The notes: generated by a model not told the origin, from the letters alone. DNA of 59,335 nt from Gemmatimonadota bacterium (GCA_025350665.1 JANXXJ010000063.1:1-59335), one strand, 5' to 3'; shown: positions 1-11,017, counted from the stretch's first letter. Program-made: numbers and translations.

Positions 1-1910
1 CCGGAGTTCCTCTTGCTGGATCCCCTCGACCACCGTCCCGAGTCGCTGCCCGTCGGGACTGGGCGTAAACCGCAGATGAACGGCTTCGTCCACGAGAAGC
101 GGCGTGATCCGCCCATCGCTCGACCATCGCACCAGGCGTCCCGCCTCGGCGTTGATGCCCGGCACATAGACCAGCGCCCCGGCATCGGTGAGGTCGAACT
201 GCCCCGAACCGGAGTAGGTGCTCCGACGCACTCCCGGCACCATTACCACGGATCGACCGACGGTGAGGGAGTCGATGTTCTCGAAGCGGGTGGCCATCAG
301 CGTACCGTCGAGGGACATGTACACCAAGTACTTATCGTCCACGAGGCGGAAGTCCGCGCCGAGCAGCAGGGGCGGGCCGCCACCGGCCCCTTGGGGCGAC
401 CGGCGAATGAACCGCTTCTCATTCGGCTTCGCCGGGTCTTTGGCATAGGCGTGCTTCATCGATCCGCCGCCGCAGAGCAACAGATCGGTTCCGCCGATCG
501 GCTGCGGCAAGAGACACAGCGCGATATTGGCCACGGTTCGCCCCGGCCCCAGTTCCGGATCGATCCAGCGGAGCGTCCGGCCGTCGTCATCGGCGAAGAA
601 GATCTGGCCGCTCGGGAGCCAACCGCCGCCGAACGGATCCTCGGCGCGAGCCACGGTCGTGATCCGACCGTCGCCAAGGTTCACGATTTTTACATCGGTG
701 CCGGACAGGAAGGCGACGCGCTTGTCGTCGGGAGACATCCGGGGCGTGCCGAAGGCCCCTTCAGTCCCCGCGACAACATGGACCTCGGGCCCGGCGAGAC
801 TGCGGTACCACAGCTCCGACGACTCGCCCCGCTTGGCTTCATACACGATGAAGGAACCATCGTGCGAGGCTGCGAAATCCCGCCGGTTGTCCTCCATCAG
901 AATGGGGGCGGTGGGCGGGAGACCGATGTCGCGGGGCACCGAGTGGGCGCGGATTCGCTCAACCACGGCGCCGCCAATGGCGACGGCCGCCACCAGCCCC
1001 ATCGCGACCGCAGCCATTCGCCACCGGCCCGGTATTGCCGGCCCAACGGCGGGAGCACCACTCGCCGCGCCGACGCTGAACGCCGGGTTGGCCAACGCGT
1101 CCGCAAACGCCTTGGCGCTCTCGAACCGGTCGGGAGCTTTTCCAGGCTCTTCGCGACGGCCGCCGCCACGTTCGGCGGCACCGTCTTCCGAAGGGCCGTC
1201 ACCACCGGCGCCGGCTCGGCGATGATCTTCATGATGATCTGCTGTGCGGAGCCGCCCACATGCGGCGGCTGGCCGGCGAGCATTTCATACAGCACCGACG
1301 CCAGCGAGTACACGTCGCTGCGCGGTGTGATCTCCTTTTCCGCCGTCGCCTGCTCGGGGCTCATGTAGTGCGGCGTGCCAAGGGACAGCCCCGTCTCAGT
1401 CATCCGCCCGCCAGCCGCGGCGCTCACCGCCAGCGCGATCCCGAAGTCGGCCACCATCGGCCGGCCGTTGGCGAGCAGGATGTTTTCCGGCTTGATGTCG
1501 CGATGGATCACGCCCTGGGTGTGGGCGTAGTGCAGAGCATCGGCCACCTCGGAGGCGAGCTTGACCGCTTCGCCAACGCCGAGCTGGGTTTCGCGGTTGA
1601 GCTTGTCGCGGAGGGTCTCGCCGTTGATGAACGGCATGACGTAATACAGGAAGCCGTCGGCGGTGCCCGAATCGAACAGCGGCAGGATATGAGGATGCTG
1701 AAGCGCCGCCGTCGTGGTGATCTCCTGGACGAACCGCTCGGCGCCAAGCACGGCGGCCAGCTCGGGCTTCAAGACCTTGAGGGCGACTTTCCGCTTGTGC
1801 TTGAGGTCTTCGGCGAGGTACACGGTGGCCATGCCGCCGGCCCCGAGTTCGCGCTCGACCCGGTAGCGGTCGGCCAGCGCCGCGGCAAGGCGAGTCAGCG
1901 CGTCAGACAT
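1..1910 (-). pseudogene. Ser/Thr protein kinase with TM helix and TolB/PD40-like beta-propeller C-terminus, frameshifted near 1131; 3' end runs off the window
   Basis: ATG at 1910 (MSDALTRL); GAGGMATVY, VALK, HRDIKPEN, DFG, GTPHYMSPE motifs. After ...LEKLP the family-typical continuation DRFESAKAFADALANP, a hydrophobic helix and SPDDKRVAF-type repeats lie in another frame; the uncorrected frame stops at 897. Confidence 0.8.
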
Positions 1911-2065
1911 GACCACCCCGCCGAGTCGGCATCCACGATTCCCCGAGCGCTTGGTGGCCCTATGGACCGGCGAGATATCCATATACGGAAGGCATGACTG
2001 AAGCAGCCAGATAATACCTTGCCGGAGAGAGGGCCGCCAGCGAGAAATCCTGAGGTTTGGGCCCG

Positions 2066-3988
2066 TCAGGACCCGGGGCCGTTGGGGTCCGCTTGTCGGT
2101 ACACCAGTTCGAATCGCGGATCGGCGTGCAACGCCCGGAAATCGGCGGCGTGCAGATAGAACCAGAGATAGGCACCCCGCGGGCGGGCCCGTTCGATCAT
2201 GGTGACCGCATCCCGGGTCCGGCCGATCGCGATCAGCGCGCTGGCCGCGAATCGGGCGTTGGTGGGCGACGGGTCGGCGGAACCGAGGTCTTTGAGCAAC
2301 CGGGCGAGTTCGGCGCCGGCCCGGGTTCGGTCACCCTCGGCCAGATAGACCTTGACGAGCAGCGTCCGGGCCGGAATCGTATAGTTGGAGTCCATCGCCA
2401 GGGCGAGGTCCGCGTCGTCGTGGGCCGCCCGGACGTCGCCGCCGTCGAGTTCGATCAGCCCGCGAATCACCCGCACGTACGGACTGGTGGCCGTCCGGCT
2501 GGCCGTCACCGCACTGTCGACGACCCGCCTGGCCTCCGGCAATCGGCCCGACTGCCACAGGATGGCCGCCAGCGACATGAGGACGAGCGGCCGATTGTGA
2601 TCGAGCGCGAAGGCCCGCCGGTAGGCGCCGATGGCCCGATCGTCCTGCCCCAGCGCCATCAGGACCTGGCCGAACTGATACCAGCCCTCGGCGCTGGTTG
2701 AGTCGATCGCCAGCGCCCGGGTGAATGCCTCCACCGCACCCTTCATCCGGTACGGGTCGTCCGCGGAGAGGAGGTACGCCCGGGTGAGCCAGGCCTCGCC
2801 GGAGAGCGAATCCGCAGCGAGGGCCCGCTGCGAATAATCGATGGCTCGGGCATGCAGGTCCGCCGAGCTGAGCCGCTGATAGGCCCAACCCCATTCGTTG
2901 AACAGGGCGTAGGTGTACCCGATTTTCGCCAACGCAATCGGATTCGCCGGTTCCCGGGCCAGCACCGCCTCGTACTCCGCGATCGCCTGACCCGCGGCCT
3001 CCGGTGTCCGCGCTGCCAATAGCTGGTTGCCTCGGGCCAGGTGCGAGCCGATCCCCGGGATCGGACCCGGGGTCGACCGAACGATGAGGAACGCCGCGAC
3101 GCTCACCGCCGCGACCGCAATGCCGGCCCCGGCCCATCGGGGCCAGGTCCGGCGGGCGCCGGTGGTCCCTTCCCGGAGCGCCGTGACAAACGCGCCGGCG
3201 CTCGGAAATCGGTCGGCCGGCGCGGGTGAGAGAGCCCGAATGATGGCCCGGTCGGCGTTCACCGGAACAGCCGGCCGAAACCGCCGCGGCGACGGGACCG
3301 GGCCGGCAACCCGTTTGGTCAGGATCGCCAACGCCGTCGGCCCGGAATAGGGCGGTTCGCCCGTCACCATTTCAAAGCCGACCGCGGCCAGGCTGTAGAC
3401 ATCGCTCGCCGCCTCCACCTCGCGGTCGCCGGCCGCCTGCTCCGGACTCATGTACGCGGGGGTCCCGATGGCGAGCCCAGTGGACGTCAACCGGCCCCTG
3501 TCTCCATGGATCGCCCGGGCAATACCGAAATCGGTGATGAGGGCGTGACCCCGTGACAGCAGGATGTTCTCGGGCTTGATGTCCCGGTGGATGACGCCCT
3601 GCCCGTGGGCATAGTCGAGACCGTCGGCGATTTCGCCCAGGAGATGAAGCGCAGCGGGGATGTCGAGCGCCCGCTCCCGGGTCAGCCGGTCCCGCAGGGT
3701 CTCACCCTCCACGAAGGGCATGGTGTACCAGAGGATCTCGTCGACCCCACCGGAGTCGAAAACCGTCAGGATATGAGGGTGCTGGAGCCGCGCCGCAATT
3801 TCGATTTCGCGGCGAAACCGTTCGGGACCCAGCGCGTGGGCCAGTTGGGGATCCAGGACTTTGAGGGCCACGGCGCGCCCGTGCCGGAGGTCCTGCGCGA
3901 GATAGACAGTCGCCATCCCGCCCCGGCCCAGTTCCCGTTCGATGGTGTACCGGCCGGCGAGCGCGGAGACCAAACCGTCCGGAATCAT
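2066..3988 (-). CDS. Ser/Thr protein kinase with TM helix and TPR repeats
   Basis: GRGGMATVY, HRDIKPEN, DFG, GTPAYMSPE; hydrophobic segment WAGAGIAVAAVSVAAFLIV; helical TPR-like repeats. Confidence 0.92.
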   Translation of the reverse strand: MIPDGLVSALAGRYTIERELGRGGMATVYLAQDLRHGRAVALKVLDPQLAHALGPERFRREIEIAARLQHPHILTVFDSGGVDEILWYTMPFVEGETLRDRLTRERALDIPAALHLLGEIADGLDYAHGQGVIHRDIKPENILLSRGHALITDFGIARAIHGDRGRLTSTGLAIGTPAYMSPEQAAGDREVEAASDVYSLAAVGFEMVTGEPPYSGPTALAILTKRVAGPVPSPRRFRPAVPVNADRAIIRALSPAPADRFPSAGAFVTALREGTTGARRTWPRWAGAGIAVAAVSVAAFLIVRSTPGPIPGIGSHLARGNQLLAARTPEAAGQAIAEYEAVLAREPANPIALAKIGYTYALFNEWGWAYQRLSSADLHARAIDYSQRALAADSLSGEAWLTRAYLLSADDPYRMKGAVEAFTRALAIDSTSAEGWYQFGQVLMALGQDDRAIGAYRRAFALDHNRPLVLMSLAAILWQSGRLPEARRVVDSAVTASRTATSPYVRVIRGLIELDGGDVRAAHDDADLALAMDSNYTIPARTLLVKVYLAEGDRTRAGAELARLLKDLGSADPSPTNARFAASALIAIGRTRDAVTMIERARPRGAYLWFYLHAADFRALHADPRFELVYRQADPNGPGS

Positions 3989-4101
3989 TCGCTCGATCGA
4001 TTCATCGCCGCGCCCGGGCTCTGGGCCGCCAACGGCTGCGCGCTCACGGCGGCAATCAGGGCCGCGACGACCAGCGGACAGGTCTTCACGATGTCAACCA
4101 T
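3985..4101 (-). pseudogene. 38-aa signal-peptide-like ORF, probable gene remnant
   Basis: Reads MVDIVKTCPLVVAALIAAVSAQPLAAQSPGAAMNRSSE*; its TGA overlaps the kinase ATG (ATGA). Confidence 0.45.
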
Positions 4102-4227
4102 GGTGATTCGGTGGAAGGTACCCGCCCGGCGGCTTCCCCTCCACCCGTTGCAACAATACCCGCCTCTGGAGCTGGCCGCCTGGTCCCTTTTCGCGTATCC
4201 TCAGGGTGGCCCTCACCCCGAGCCCCA

Positions 4228-5664
4228 TTGCCAGCCCTCCGTCACCTGCTCGCCAGTCTGCTCGTCGCGCCGGTTTCCCTGACCGCGGCTCAAGGGCCGG
4301 CCAATCTGCCGCCCTCGGAACGCCAGTTCGTCGCGATCGATGCGCCGGTCGTCGCGCTGGTCGGTGTGACGCTGATCGACGGCACCGGCGCCGCGCCCAG
4401 GGACGACCAGACCATCATCCTCGAGCAGGGCCGGGTCCGCTGGGTCGGGCCCCGGGCCTCGGCTTCGATCCCCGCCAACGCCACGGTGCTCGATCTCGCC
4501 GGCCACACCGTGATTCCCGGCCTGGTCGGCCTCCACGACCACACGTTTTACGGCGGCGCGGATTGGCCCTACGTCCATCTGCCGGTAAGCGCTCCGCGCC
4601 TCTACCTCGCCTCGGGCGTGACCACCATCCGCACCACTGGCACCAACGCGCCCTACCAGGATCTGATCGTCAAGCACGACATCGACCGCGGGCACCAGGT
4701 CGGGCCGCGGATGTACGTGACCGGCCCCTACCTGAACGGGGCCGGCGGAAACCACGGAATCATGTTCGAGGTCACTACACCCGAGGCGGCCCGTCGGGTG
4801 ACCGCCTACTGGGCTGCGGAGGGCGTCACCTGGATCAAGGTCTACGACCGGATCGCTCGCGCCGAACTCGCGGCGGTGGTGGACGAGGCCCACAAACACG
4901 GGGTCAAGGTCACCGGCCACCTCTGCTCCATCGGCTATCGCGAGGCCGTCGCGGCCGGCATGGACGCGGTCGAACACGGCCTCTACGCCAACCAGGAGTA
5001 CGACCCCGACAAGCAGACCGACAAGTGCCCGGGGGTGAAGATGAGCGTGTTCGAATCCCTCGACCTGAACAGCGAGGCGGTCAAGGCGACGTTCCGCGAC
5101 ATGATCGGGCATCACGTCGGGATGACCTCGACCGTGGCGATCTTCGAGGGGTTGATGGCCGACCGCCCGCCGCTCGAGCAGCGGACCCTGGACGCTCTCT
5201 ATCCCCCGGCCAAGGACGCCTATCTCGCGGCGCGCGCCCATCTGGCGAGCCCCGCGGCCAAAGGCAGGGCCATCAGCGACGCGGCGTTCAAGAAGCTGCT
5301 CGCCTATGAAGTCGCCTTCGTACGGGCGGGCGGCGTGCTCGCGGCCGGCGTCGATCCGACCGGGATCGGCGGCGTGCTGGCCGGCTTCGGCGACCAGCGG
5401 AACTACGAGCTTTTCATCGAAGCCGGCTTCACCCCGGCCGAGGCCGTCAAGATTCTATCGGCCAACGGCGCCCACATCCTCGGCGCGGATCAGGATTTCG
5501 GAACGGTCACCGCCGGCAAGTCCGCCGACCTGGTCGTGATCCACGGCGACATCGTCGCCCGGCCGGCCGAGATTCGCAACGTGACCCTGGTGTTCAAACA
5601 GGGCATCGGCTACGACTCACCGAAACTGATCGCCTCGGTCAAGGGCATGGTAGGGCTCCGATGA
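4228..5664 (+). CDS. Secreted metal-dependent amidohydrolase
   Basis: PGLVGLHDH (HxH), IKVY, GHL, VEHG, GVD metal-ligand motifs, GKSADLV; signal peptide from TTG 4228 (ORF open from 4111). Confidence 0.88.
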   Translation: MPALRHLLASLLVAPVSLTAAQGPANLPPSERQFVAIDAPVVALVGVTLIDGTGAAPRDDQTIILEQGRVRWVGPRASASIPANATVLDLAGHTVIPGLVGLHDHTFYGGADWPYVHLPVSAPRLYLASGVTTIRTTGTNAPYQDLIVKHDIDRGHQVGPRMYVTGPYLNGAGGNHGIMFEVTTPEAARRVTAYWAAEGVTWIKVYDRIARAELAAVVDEAHKHGVKVTGHLCSIGYREAVAAGMDAVEHGLYANQEYDPDKQTDKCPGVKMSVFESLDLNSEAVKATFRDMIGHHVGMTSTVAIFEGLMADRPPLEQRTLDALYPPAKDAYLAARAHLASPAAKGRAISDAAFKKLLAYEVAFVRAGGVLAAGVDPTGIGGVLAGFGDQRNYELFIEAGFTPAEAVKILSANGAHILGADQDFGTVTAGKSADLVVIHGDIVARPAEIRNVTLVFKQGIGYDSPKLIASVKGMVGLR

Positions 5665-6230
5665 CGTCCAAGCTCATCGTCTTCAACAACGTCTCGATCG
5701 ACGGCTGCTTCGCCGACTCGGCCGGAGACATGTCGTGGGCCCACCAGGGCTCCGCCGACCCCGAGTTCGCCGAGTACACCGCGGGCAACGCCAGGGGCGA
5801 CGGCCGGCTCCTCTTTGGCCGAATCACCTATCAGATGATGGCGGGGTACTGGCCCTCGCCGATGGCCGCGAAGAACGATCCAGTCGTCGCCGAGCGGATG
5901 AACCCGCTGACCAAGTACGTCGCCTCCCGCACCCTCACCGAAGCGGCGTGGCGAAACACCACGCTGCTCGCCGGCGACCTCGTCGCCGCGGTCCGGCGGC
6001 TCAAGGCGGACGGCGGCGCCGACATCGCCATCCTCGGCAGCGGCACCCTGGTGTCTCAACTGGCCGAGGCCGGCTTGATCGACGAATTCCAGCTGGTGGT
6101 GAACCCGGTGATCGTTGGCCGGGGCCGGTCGATGTTCGAGGGCGTGATGGCGAAAATCCCGCTTCGCCTCGAGGGAACCCGGGCCTTCAAGAACGGCAAG
6201 GTGGTCCTCAGCTACGCCCCGGCCACGTGA
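5661..6230 (+). CDS. Dihydrofolate reductase / RibD C-terminal domain protein
   Basis: VSIDG, LLFGRITY, GSGTLVSQL, GLIDEFQLVVNPVIVGRG; ATGA overlap with upstream gene. Confidence 0.9.
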   Translation: MTSKLIVFNNVSIDGCFADSAGDMSWAHQGSADPEFAEYTAGNARGDGRLLFGRITYQMMAGYWPSPMAAKNDPVVAERMNPLTKYVASRTLTEAAWRNTTLLAGDLVAAVRRLKADGGADIAILGSGTLVSQLAEAGLIDEFQLVVNPVIVGRGRSMFEGVMAKIPLRLEGTRAFKNGKVVLSYAPAT

Positions 6231-7387
6231 TGCCCGATCCGGCGCGGCAACTGAGGGTCGCAACGTTGATGGCGCTGGCGGTCCTGGCGGCCGGATGCGG
6301 CAACGTCAGTGGCCCCGGCAGCGGACCACCCTCCGGCCTCGCTGCCTGCGGCTCGGCACCCCTGTTCACCGTACCGCCCATCCCGATCGGCTCGATCGCG
6401 GTGCTGGCCCCGCTCGGCAACCTGAACCCTCCGGGCCACACCTTGCCGACCGACCACCTCTATTTCTACCCCGGTGGCGCGGCGGGCACCTCCAATCCGG
6501 TGCCCCTGAGCGCCCCCGGCGACATCACGATCCACTCGGTCACTCGCCAGACCCGGTCCGGCGGCGGCGCGGCCGACCTGGTCGACTACGGCCTGTCCTT
6601 CACTCCCTGCACCGACGTCGACTTCTACTTCGCCCACATCTCATCGATCACCCCCGCACTCGCCTCACAGATCGGAACCTTCACGTCCTGCAACCCCGCC
6701 TACAGTACTGGTGGCTTCACCTACATCCAGTGCTACAAGGAGGTCGGCATCCGGCTGGCCGCCGCCACCGCGATCGGCACGGCCGGCGGCCCCGGAGAAG
6801 GGGCGCTCGACCTCGGCGGGTACGACCGGCGAGTAGCGCCGCTGGCCTTCGTGAACCCGTCGCGCTCCTACGGCAGCGGGACCTCGTTCGGACAGAACCA
6901 GACGATCTGCCCGGTCGACTACTTCACGACGGCGGTTCGGGACTCACTCCGGGCGATCTTCGGCCGGCCGGGCCGACGGCGCACGGTGGAACCTCTTTGC
7001 GGCACCCTGATGCAGGACGTTTCGAACACGGCTCAGGGCCGGTGGTATTTCGGCCAGGCCGGCAACGACGACCCGCACCTGGCCCTGGTCCATGACAACG
7101 TCGATCCGACCGAGGGAGCGTTTTCCGTCGGCGTTTCGATCCCGAGCCTCCCGAGCACCGTCTACCTCTTCACGCCGGCCACGACCGGCCGACTCAACCT
7201 GGATTTCTCCCGGGTCACCGCCGACGGCCAGCTGTACTGCTACGAGCCGATCACCACCGGAACCCGCCACATTCTGCTGCAGCTCACCTCGAGCACCACG
7301 ATCCGGATCGAAGGCGGTACGGGCCCGACCTGCGGACCGTCGTCTGGGTGGGCCCTGAGCGCGGCCGCCGTGACGTTCAGCCGTTAG
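6230..7387 (+). CDS. Hypothetical lipoprotein, possible degenerate M23-like fold
   Basis: TGATG coupling at 6228-6232; lipobox LAAGC; GHTLPTDH, YFAHI, AIGTAG motifs. Confidence 0.75.
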   Translation: MPDPARQLRVATLMALAVLAAGCGNVSGPGSGPPSGLAACGSAPLFTVPPIPIGSIAVLAPLGNLNPPGHTLPTDHLYFYPGGAAGTSNPVPLSAPGDITIHSVTRQTRSGGGAADLVDYGLSFTPCTDVDFYFAHISSITPALASQIGTFTSCNPAYSTGGFTYIQCYKEVGIRLAAATAIGTAGGPGEGALDLGGYDRRVAPLAFVNPSRSYGSGTSFGQNQTICPVDYFTTAVRDSLRAIFGRPGRRRTVEPLCGTLMQDVSNTAQGRWYFGQAGNDDPHLALVHDNVDPTEGAFSVGVSIPSLPSTVYLFTPATTGRLNLDFSRVTADGQLYCYEPITTGTRHILLQLTSSTTIRIEGGTGPTCGPSSGWALSAAAVTFSR

Positions 7388-7484
7388 GAGAGCCATCAAG
7401 GGAAGCCGTCAAGGAGAGCCCCGGCCGTTGGATTCGACTATCTTGGGACTCCCGATCGCCGCACGTAATCTCCGGAGTCGCCCG

Positions 7485-9119
7485 ATGTCCGTCCAACCCG
7501 CCGCTACTCGACCCGAGGGGCTCGATCAGCCCCCGAGCCGACTGGCCGCGGAGGTAGCCCGCCGCCGGACCTTCGCCATCATCAGCCACCCCGACGCCGG
7601 CAAGACCACGCTCACCGAGAAGCTCCTGCTCTACGGCGGCGCGATCCACCTGGCCGGCACCGTCAAGGCCCGCCGCCAGACCCGGCACGCCACCTCCGAC
7701 TGGATGGAACTCGAACGGGAGCGCGGGATCTCGGTCACCTCGAGCGTGATGCAGTTCGACTACGAGGGCATCCGGCTCAACCTGCTCGACACCCCCGGCC
7801 ACCAGGACTTCTCCGAGGACACCTATCGCACGCTGATGGCGGCCGACAGTGCCATCATGCTGCTCGACAATCGGAAAGGCGTCGAAGAGCGGACCCGGCA
7901 GCTGTTCGACGTCTGCCGCCTCCGCCGGGTCCCGATCGTCACCTTCGTCAACAAGTGCGACCGCCCCGGGACCGATCCTCTCACGCTGATCAGCGAGGTC
8001 GAACGGGACCTGGGGCTCCATTGCCACGCCATGACCTGGCCAATCTTCGCCAGCAGCGGCCTGATCGGCGTCTACGATCGGCGAACCGAACGGGTGATGC
8101 TGTTCGACCGCACCAGCGACCACGGCGCCTCCCGGGCCACCTCGACCGACATGGCCCTCGACGACCCGGCCTTCGCGAACCTGGTGGGCTCGGCCACCTT
8201 CGACCAGCTGCTCGACGACATCGCCCTGCTCGACGAAGCTAGCCATCCCTTCGATCTGACCGCGGTCCAGGCCGGTGAGCTGACGCCGGTCTACTTCGGC
8301 AGCGCCCTCACCAACTTTGCCGTCGAGCCGTTCCTCCACGACTTCCTCCGCTTCGCGCCGGCCCCAGGAATCCGGACCTCGTCCGCCGGTCCGATCCCGC
8401 CCGACCGCCCCGATTTCTCCGGGTTCGTCTTCAAGATCCAGGCGAACATGGATCCCAAGCACCGGGACCGGATCGCGTTCGTCCGGATCTGCTCCGGCAA
8501 ATTCGAAGCCGGGCTCGACGTCACCAACACCCGGACCGGCAAGCGGATCCGGCTGGCCGCGCCGCAGCAGTTCCTGGCCCGGGAACGGACCCAGACGGAC
8601 GAAGCCTGGTCGGGTGACGTCGTCGGCGTGCTGGACCGGGGCACGCTCCGGATCGGCGACACGCTGGCCGAGGATCCCGCGATAAAATTCGAGGGCATCC
8701 CCCGCTTTGCCCCTGAGCACTTCGCGCGGGTGGTCCCGGCCGACCCGCTCCGGCGGAAGCAGCTCGACTCCGGCCTCCGCGACCTGTCCGAAGAGGGCGC
8801 GGCCCAGGTCTTCTACGTCGACGGCATGTCCGGCTCCGCCCCGATCCTCGGCGCCATCGGCCGGCTGCAGTTCGACGTGATGGTCCATCGCCTCGAGCGC
8901 GAATACAACGCGCCCTGTCGCCTCGAGCCGATGGTCTACGGACATCCGCGCTGGATGACCGGACCGAGAGACGCCATCGAGCAGGCGGGTAACGGCCGAG
9001 GACGATTGCTGGTGTACGACGCCAAGGGGGCGCCGGTGATTCTGTTCGAGAACTCGTCCAGCCTCTGGGCGGCGCAGCAGCACGAGAAGGGCCTCACCTT
9101 CCACGAAGTCGCGCCCTAG
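7485..9119 (+). CDS. prfC: Peptide chain release factor 3
   Basis: RRRTFAIISHPDAGKTTLTEKLLL, DTPGHQDFSEDTYR, FKIQANMDPKHRDRIAF. Confidence 0.97.
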   Translation: MSVQPAATRPEGLDQPPSRLAAEVARRRTFAIISHPDAGKTTLTEKLLLYGGAIHLAGTVKARRQTRHATSDWMELERERGISVTSSVMQFDYEGIRLNLLDTPGHQDFSEDTYRTLMAADSAIMLLDNRKGVEERTRQLFDVCRLRRVPIVTFVNKCDRPGTDPLTLISEVERDLGLHCHAMTWPIFASSGLIGVYDRRTERVMLFDRTSDHGASRATSTDMALDDPAFANLVGSATFDQLLDDIALLDEASHPFDLTAVQAGELTPVYFGSALTNFAVEPFLHDFLRFAPAPGIRTSSAGPIPPDRPDFSGFVFKIQANMDPKHRDRIAFVRICSGKFEAGLDVTNTRTGKRIRLAAPQQFLARERTQTDEAWSGDVVGVLDRGTLRIGDTLAEDPAIKFEGIPRFAPEHFARVVPADPLRRKQLDSGLRDLSEEGAAQVFYVDGMSGSAPILGAIGRLQFDVMVHRLEREYNAPCRLEPMVYGHPRWMTGPRDAIEQAGNGRGRLLVYDAKGAPVILFENSSSLWAAQQHEKGLTFHEVAP

Positions 9120-9127
9120 CCGGCCCG

Positions 9128-10320
9128 TTGATAATCGGGCCCCTGTTCCACGCGGCGCTCGTCGCCGGCCTGGTCTCCCGGACCCCGGCAACCGACCCAC
9201 CCCGAGGCCTGGCCCGCTGCCTGGAAATCGTTAGGCGCGCCGCCCGGTCGGCCGGCATCGTCGACTCGACCTGGGCCACCGCTACCGCCGGCTTCACCCC
9301 CGACTCGACCGTCCTTCTCGCCGACCGCCACCAACCCGAATTCACGCTGCTGCTCTGGGACTACCTCGCCGCGGTGGTCGATTCCGAGCGGATCGCCGAC
9401 GGCGTGAGCCGGATGGCCGCCTGGGATACCGTTTTGTCCGCCATCGAAACCAAGACCGGCGTCGACCGGGAGGCGGTCGTGGCCGTGTGGGGCGTCGAAT
9501 CGGATTACGGCCGGGCGATGGGAACCCGCCCGCTGGTCCGCTCGCTGCTGACCGGGGCCTGCCAGGGTCGCCGCCACCGGTTCTTCCGGGAACAACTGCT
9601 TGCCGCACTCAAAATCCTCCAGCACGGCGACATTCCCCTCGACCGGCTGGTCGGCTCGTGGGCCGGCGCCTTCGGTCAGACCCAGTTCCTGCCCACCACC
9701 TTTCTCATGAAAGCCGTCGATGGCGACGGCGACGGCCACCGCGACCTGATCGGGTCGGTGCCGGACGCCCTCTGGTCCGCGGCGCGCTACCTCGAGCGGT
9801 CAGGATGGACGAAGGGCGAGCCCTGGGGCTATGAGGTGGCCGTGCCTAACGGCTTCCGCGGCCCAAGCGGCCGGCGGCGGCCCCGATCGCTCGGCCGGTG
9901 GGCGGCCTCGGGCCTGACGCGGATCGACCGCCTGCCCCTCGAGGGTTCCACGCCGGCCGCCCTCATCAGCCCGGCCGGGCCGGACGGCCCTCGTTTCCTT
10001 GTGCTGCGCAACTACCAGGCGGTCTGGAGTTACAACGCGGCCGAAGCGTACACGCTGGCGATCGTCCTCTTGGCGGATCGGCTGGCCGGCCGCGGCGGAT
10101 TCCGGACCCCCTGGCCGACGGATGACCCGGGGCTATCGCGGCAGGAGCGACGAGAACTGAAGGAGCGACTGGCGAAATCGGGATATGACCCCGGCGTCCT
10201 CGACGGCTCGCTCGGCACCAAAGCCCGGGCGGCCGTGGCCGATTACGAGCGCGCCAGCGGAATTCCGGTTACCGGTCGTCCCGGCCAGCGACTGCTGGCG
10301 CGGCTTCGCGCGGCGGCGAC
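9128..10320 (+). CDS. Lytic murein transglycosylase (MltB/SLT_2) with C-terminal peptidoglycan-binding domain; no stop at the expected end, frame open to 11287
   Basis: AVWGVESDYG, GSWAGAFGQTQFLP, DGDGDG, YNAAEAY, DGSLGTKARAAV; end coordinate is the approximate end of family-like sequence. Confidence 0.85.
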
Positions 10321-10411
10321 GATCCCGCCGCGCCCGGAACGCCCCCGCCGCCAGCACCGGCACCCTGAGCCCCTCCGGGTCGGCCGCGAGCCCGGCCACC
10401 GGTCCACTCAT

Positions 10412-11017
10412 CTAACCGACGTCGAGCCTCGGCATCCCGCGAATGGGGCCGTGCCCGGCATGCACCAGCTGAGCACCGAGCTCCGCCAGCAGTCGCCAGC
10501 TGGCCGCCACCGTGGGGACGTCCTCGTCAACGACCATCCCGGGCCAGGTCAGGTCGCCGGTGAACAGGTGGCCGGAATCGAGCAGCAGCGATACGCTGTC
10601 GTGCGAGTGGCCCGGGGTGGGAACGATCTGGCCGGCGATGCCGAGCCCGGCCAGCAGCGACCGCGACTCGGTGCAGCCGATGACCAGGTTGCCGGCGGGA
10701 ACGATCGGGGTGTAGTGGTCGGCCGGCTTGACGTGGCGGGCCATCAGAGGAATCGCCGACTCCTGCTCTTCCGTCACGATGAGGCGCATGCCCCGGTTTT
10801 TGAGATCCTGGGCAGCGCCGGCATGGTCGAGGTGATAGTGAGTGGCGAGGCCGTGGGAAATTTCCCCAAGCGGGATGTCGGCCCGTTTGAGGTTCGCCTC
10901 GAGCTGGTTGAACATGCCGGGCCAGCCCAGGTCCACCAGCAACCGGGACCGGCCGGCGCTCACCACCCAGAAATTGGTGGACCGGTAGCCGACGTTGACG
11001 ATCGTGACGGCGGGCAT
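10412..11017 (-). CDS. MBL-fold metallo-hydrolase
   Basis: LVDLG, THYHLDHAG (HxHxDH), TPGHS, FTGD, HAGHG. Confidence 0.9.
   Translation of the reverse strand: MPAVTIVNVGYRSTNFWVVSAGRSRLLVDLGWPGMFNQLEANLKRADIPLGEISHGLATHYHLDHAGAAQDLKNRGMRLIVTEEQESAIPLMARHVKPADHYTPIVPAGNLVIGCTESRSLLAGLGIAGQIVPTPGHSHDSVSLLLDSGHLFTGDLTWPGMVVDEDVPTVAASWRLLAELGAQLVHAGHGPIRGMPRLDVG

Noticed and set aside
1125-1145. Programmed ribosomal frameshift in the first kinase
   Set aside because: No clear slippery heptamer, and a conserved Ala codon is missing, which fits a small deletion better.
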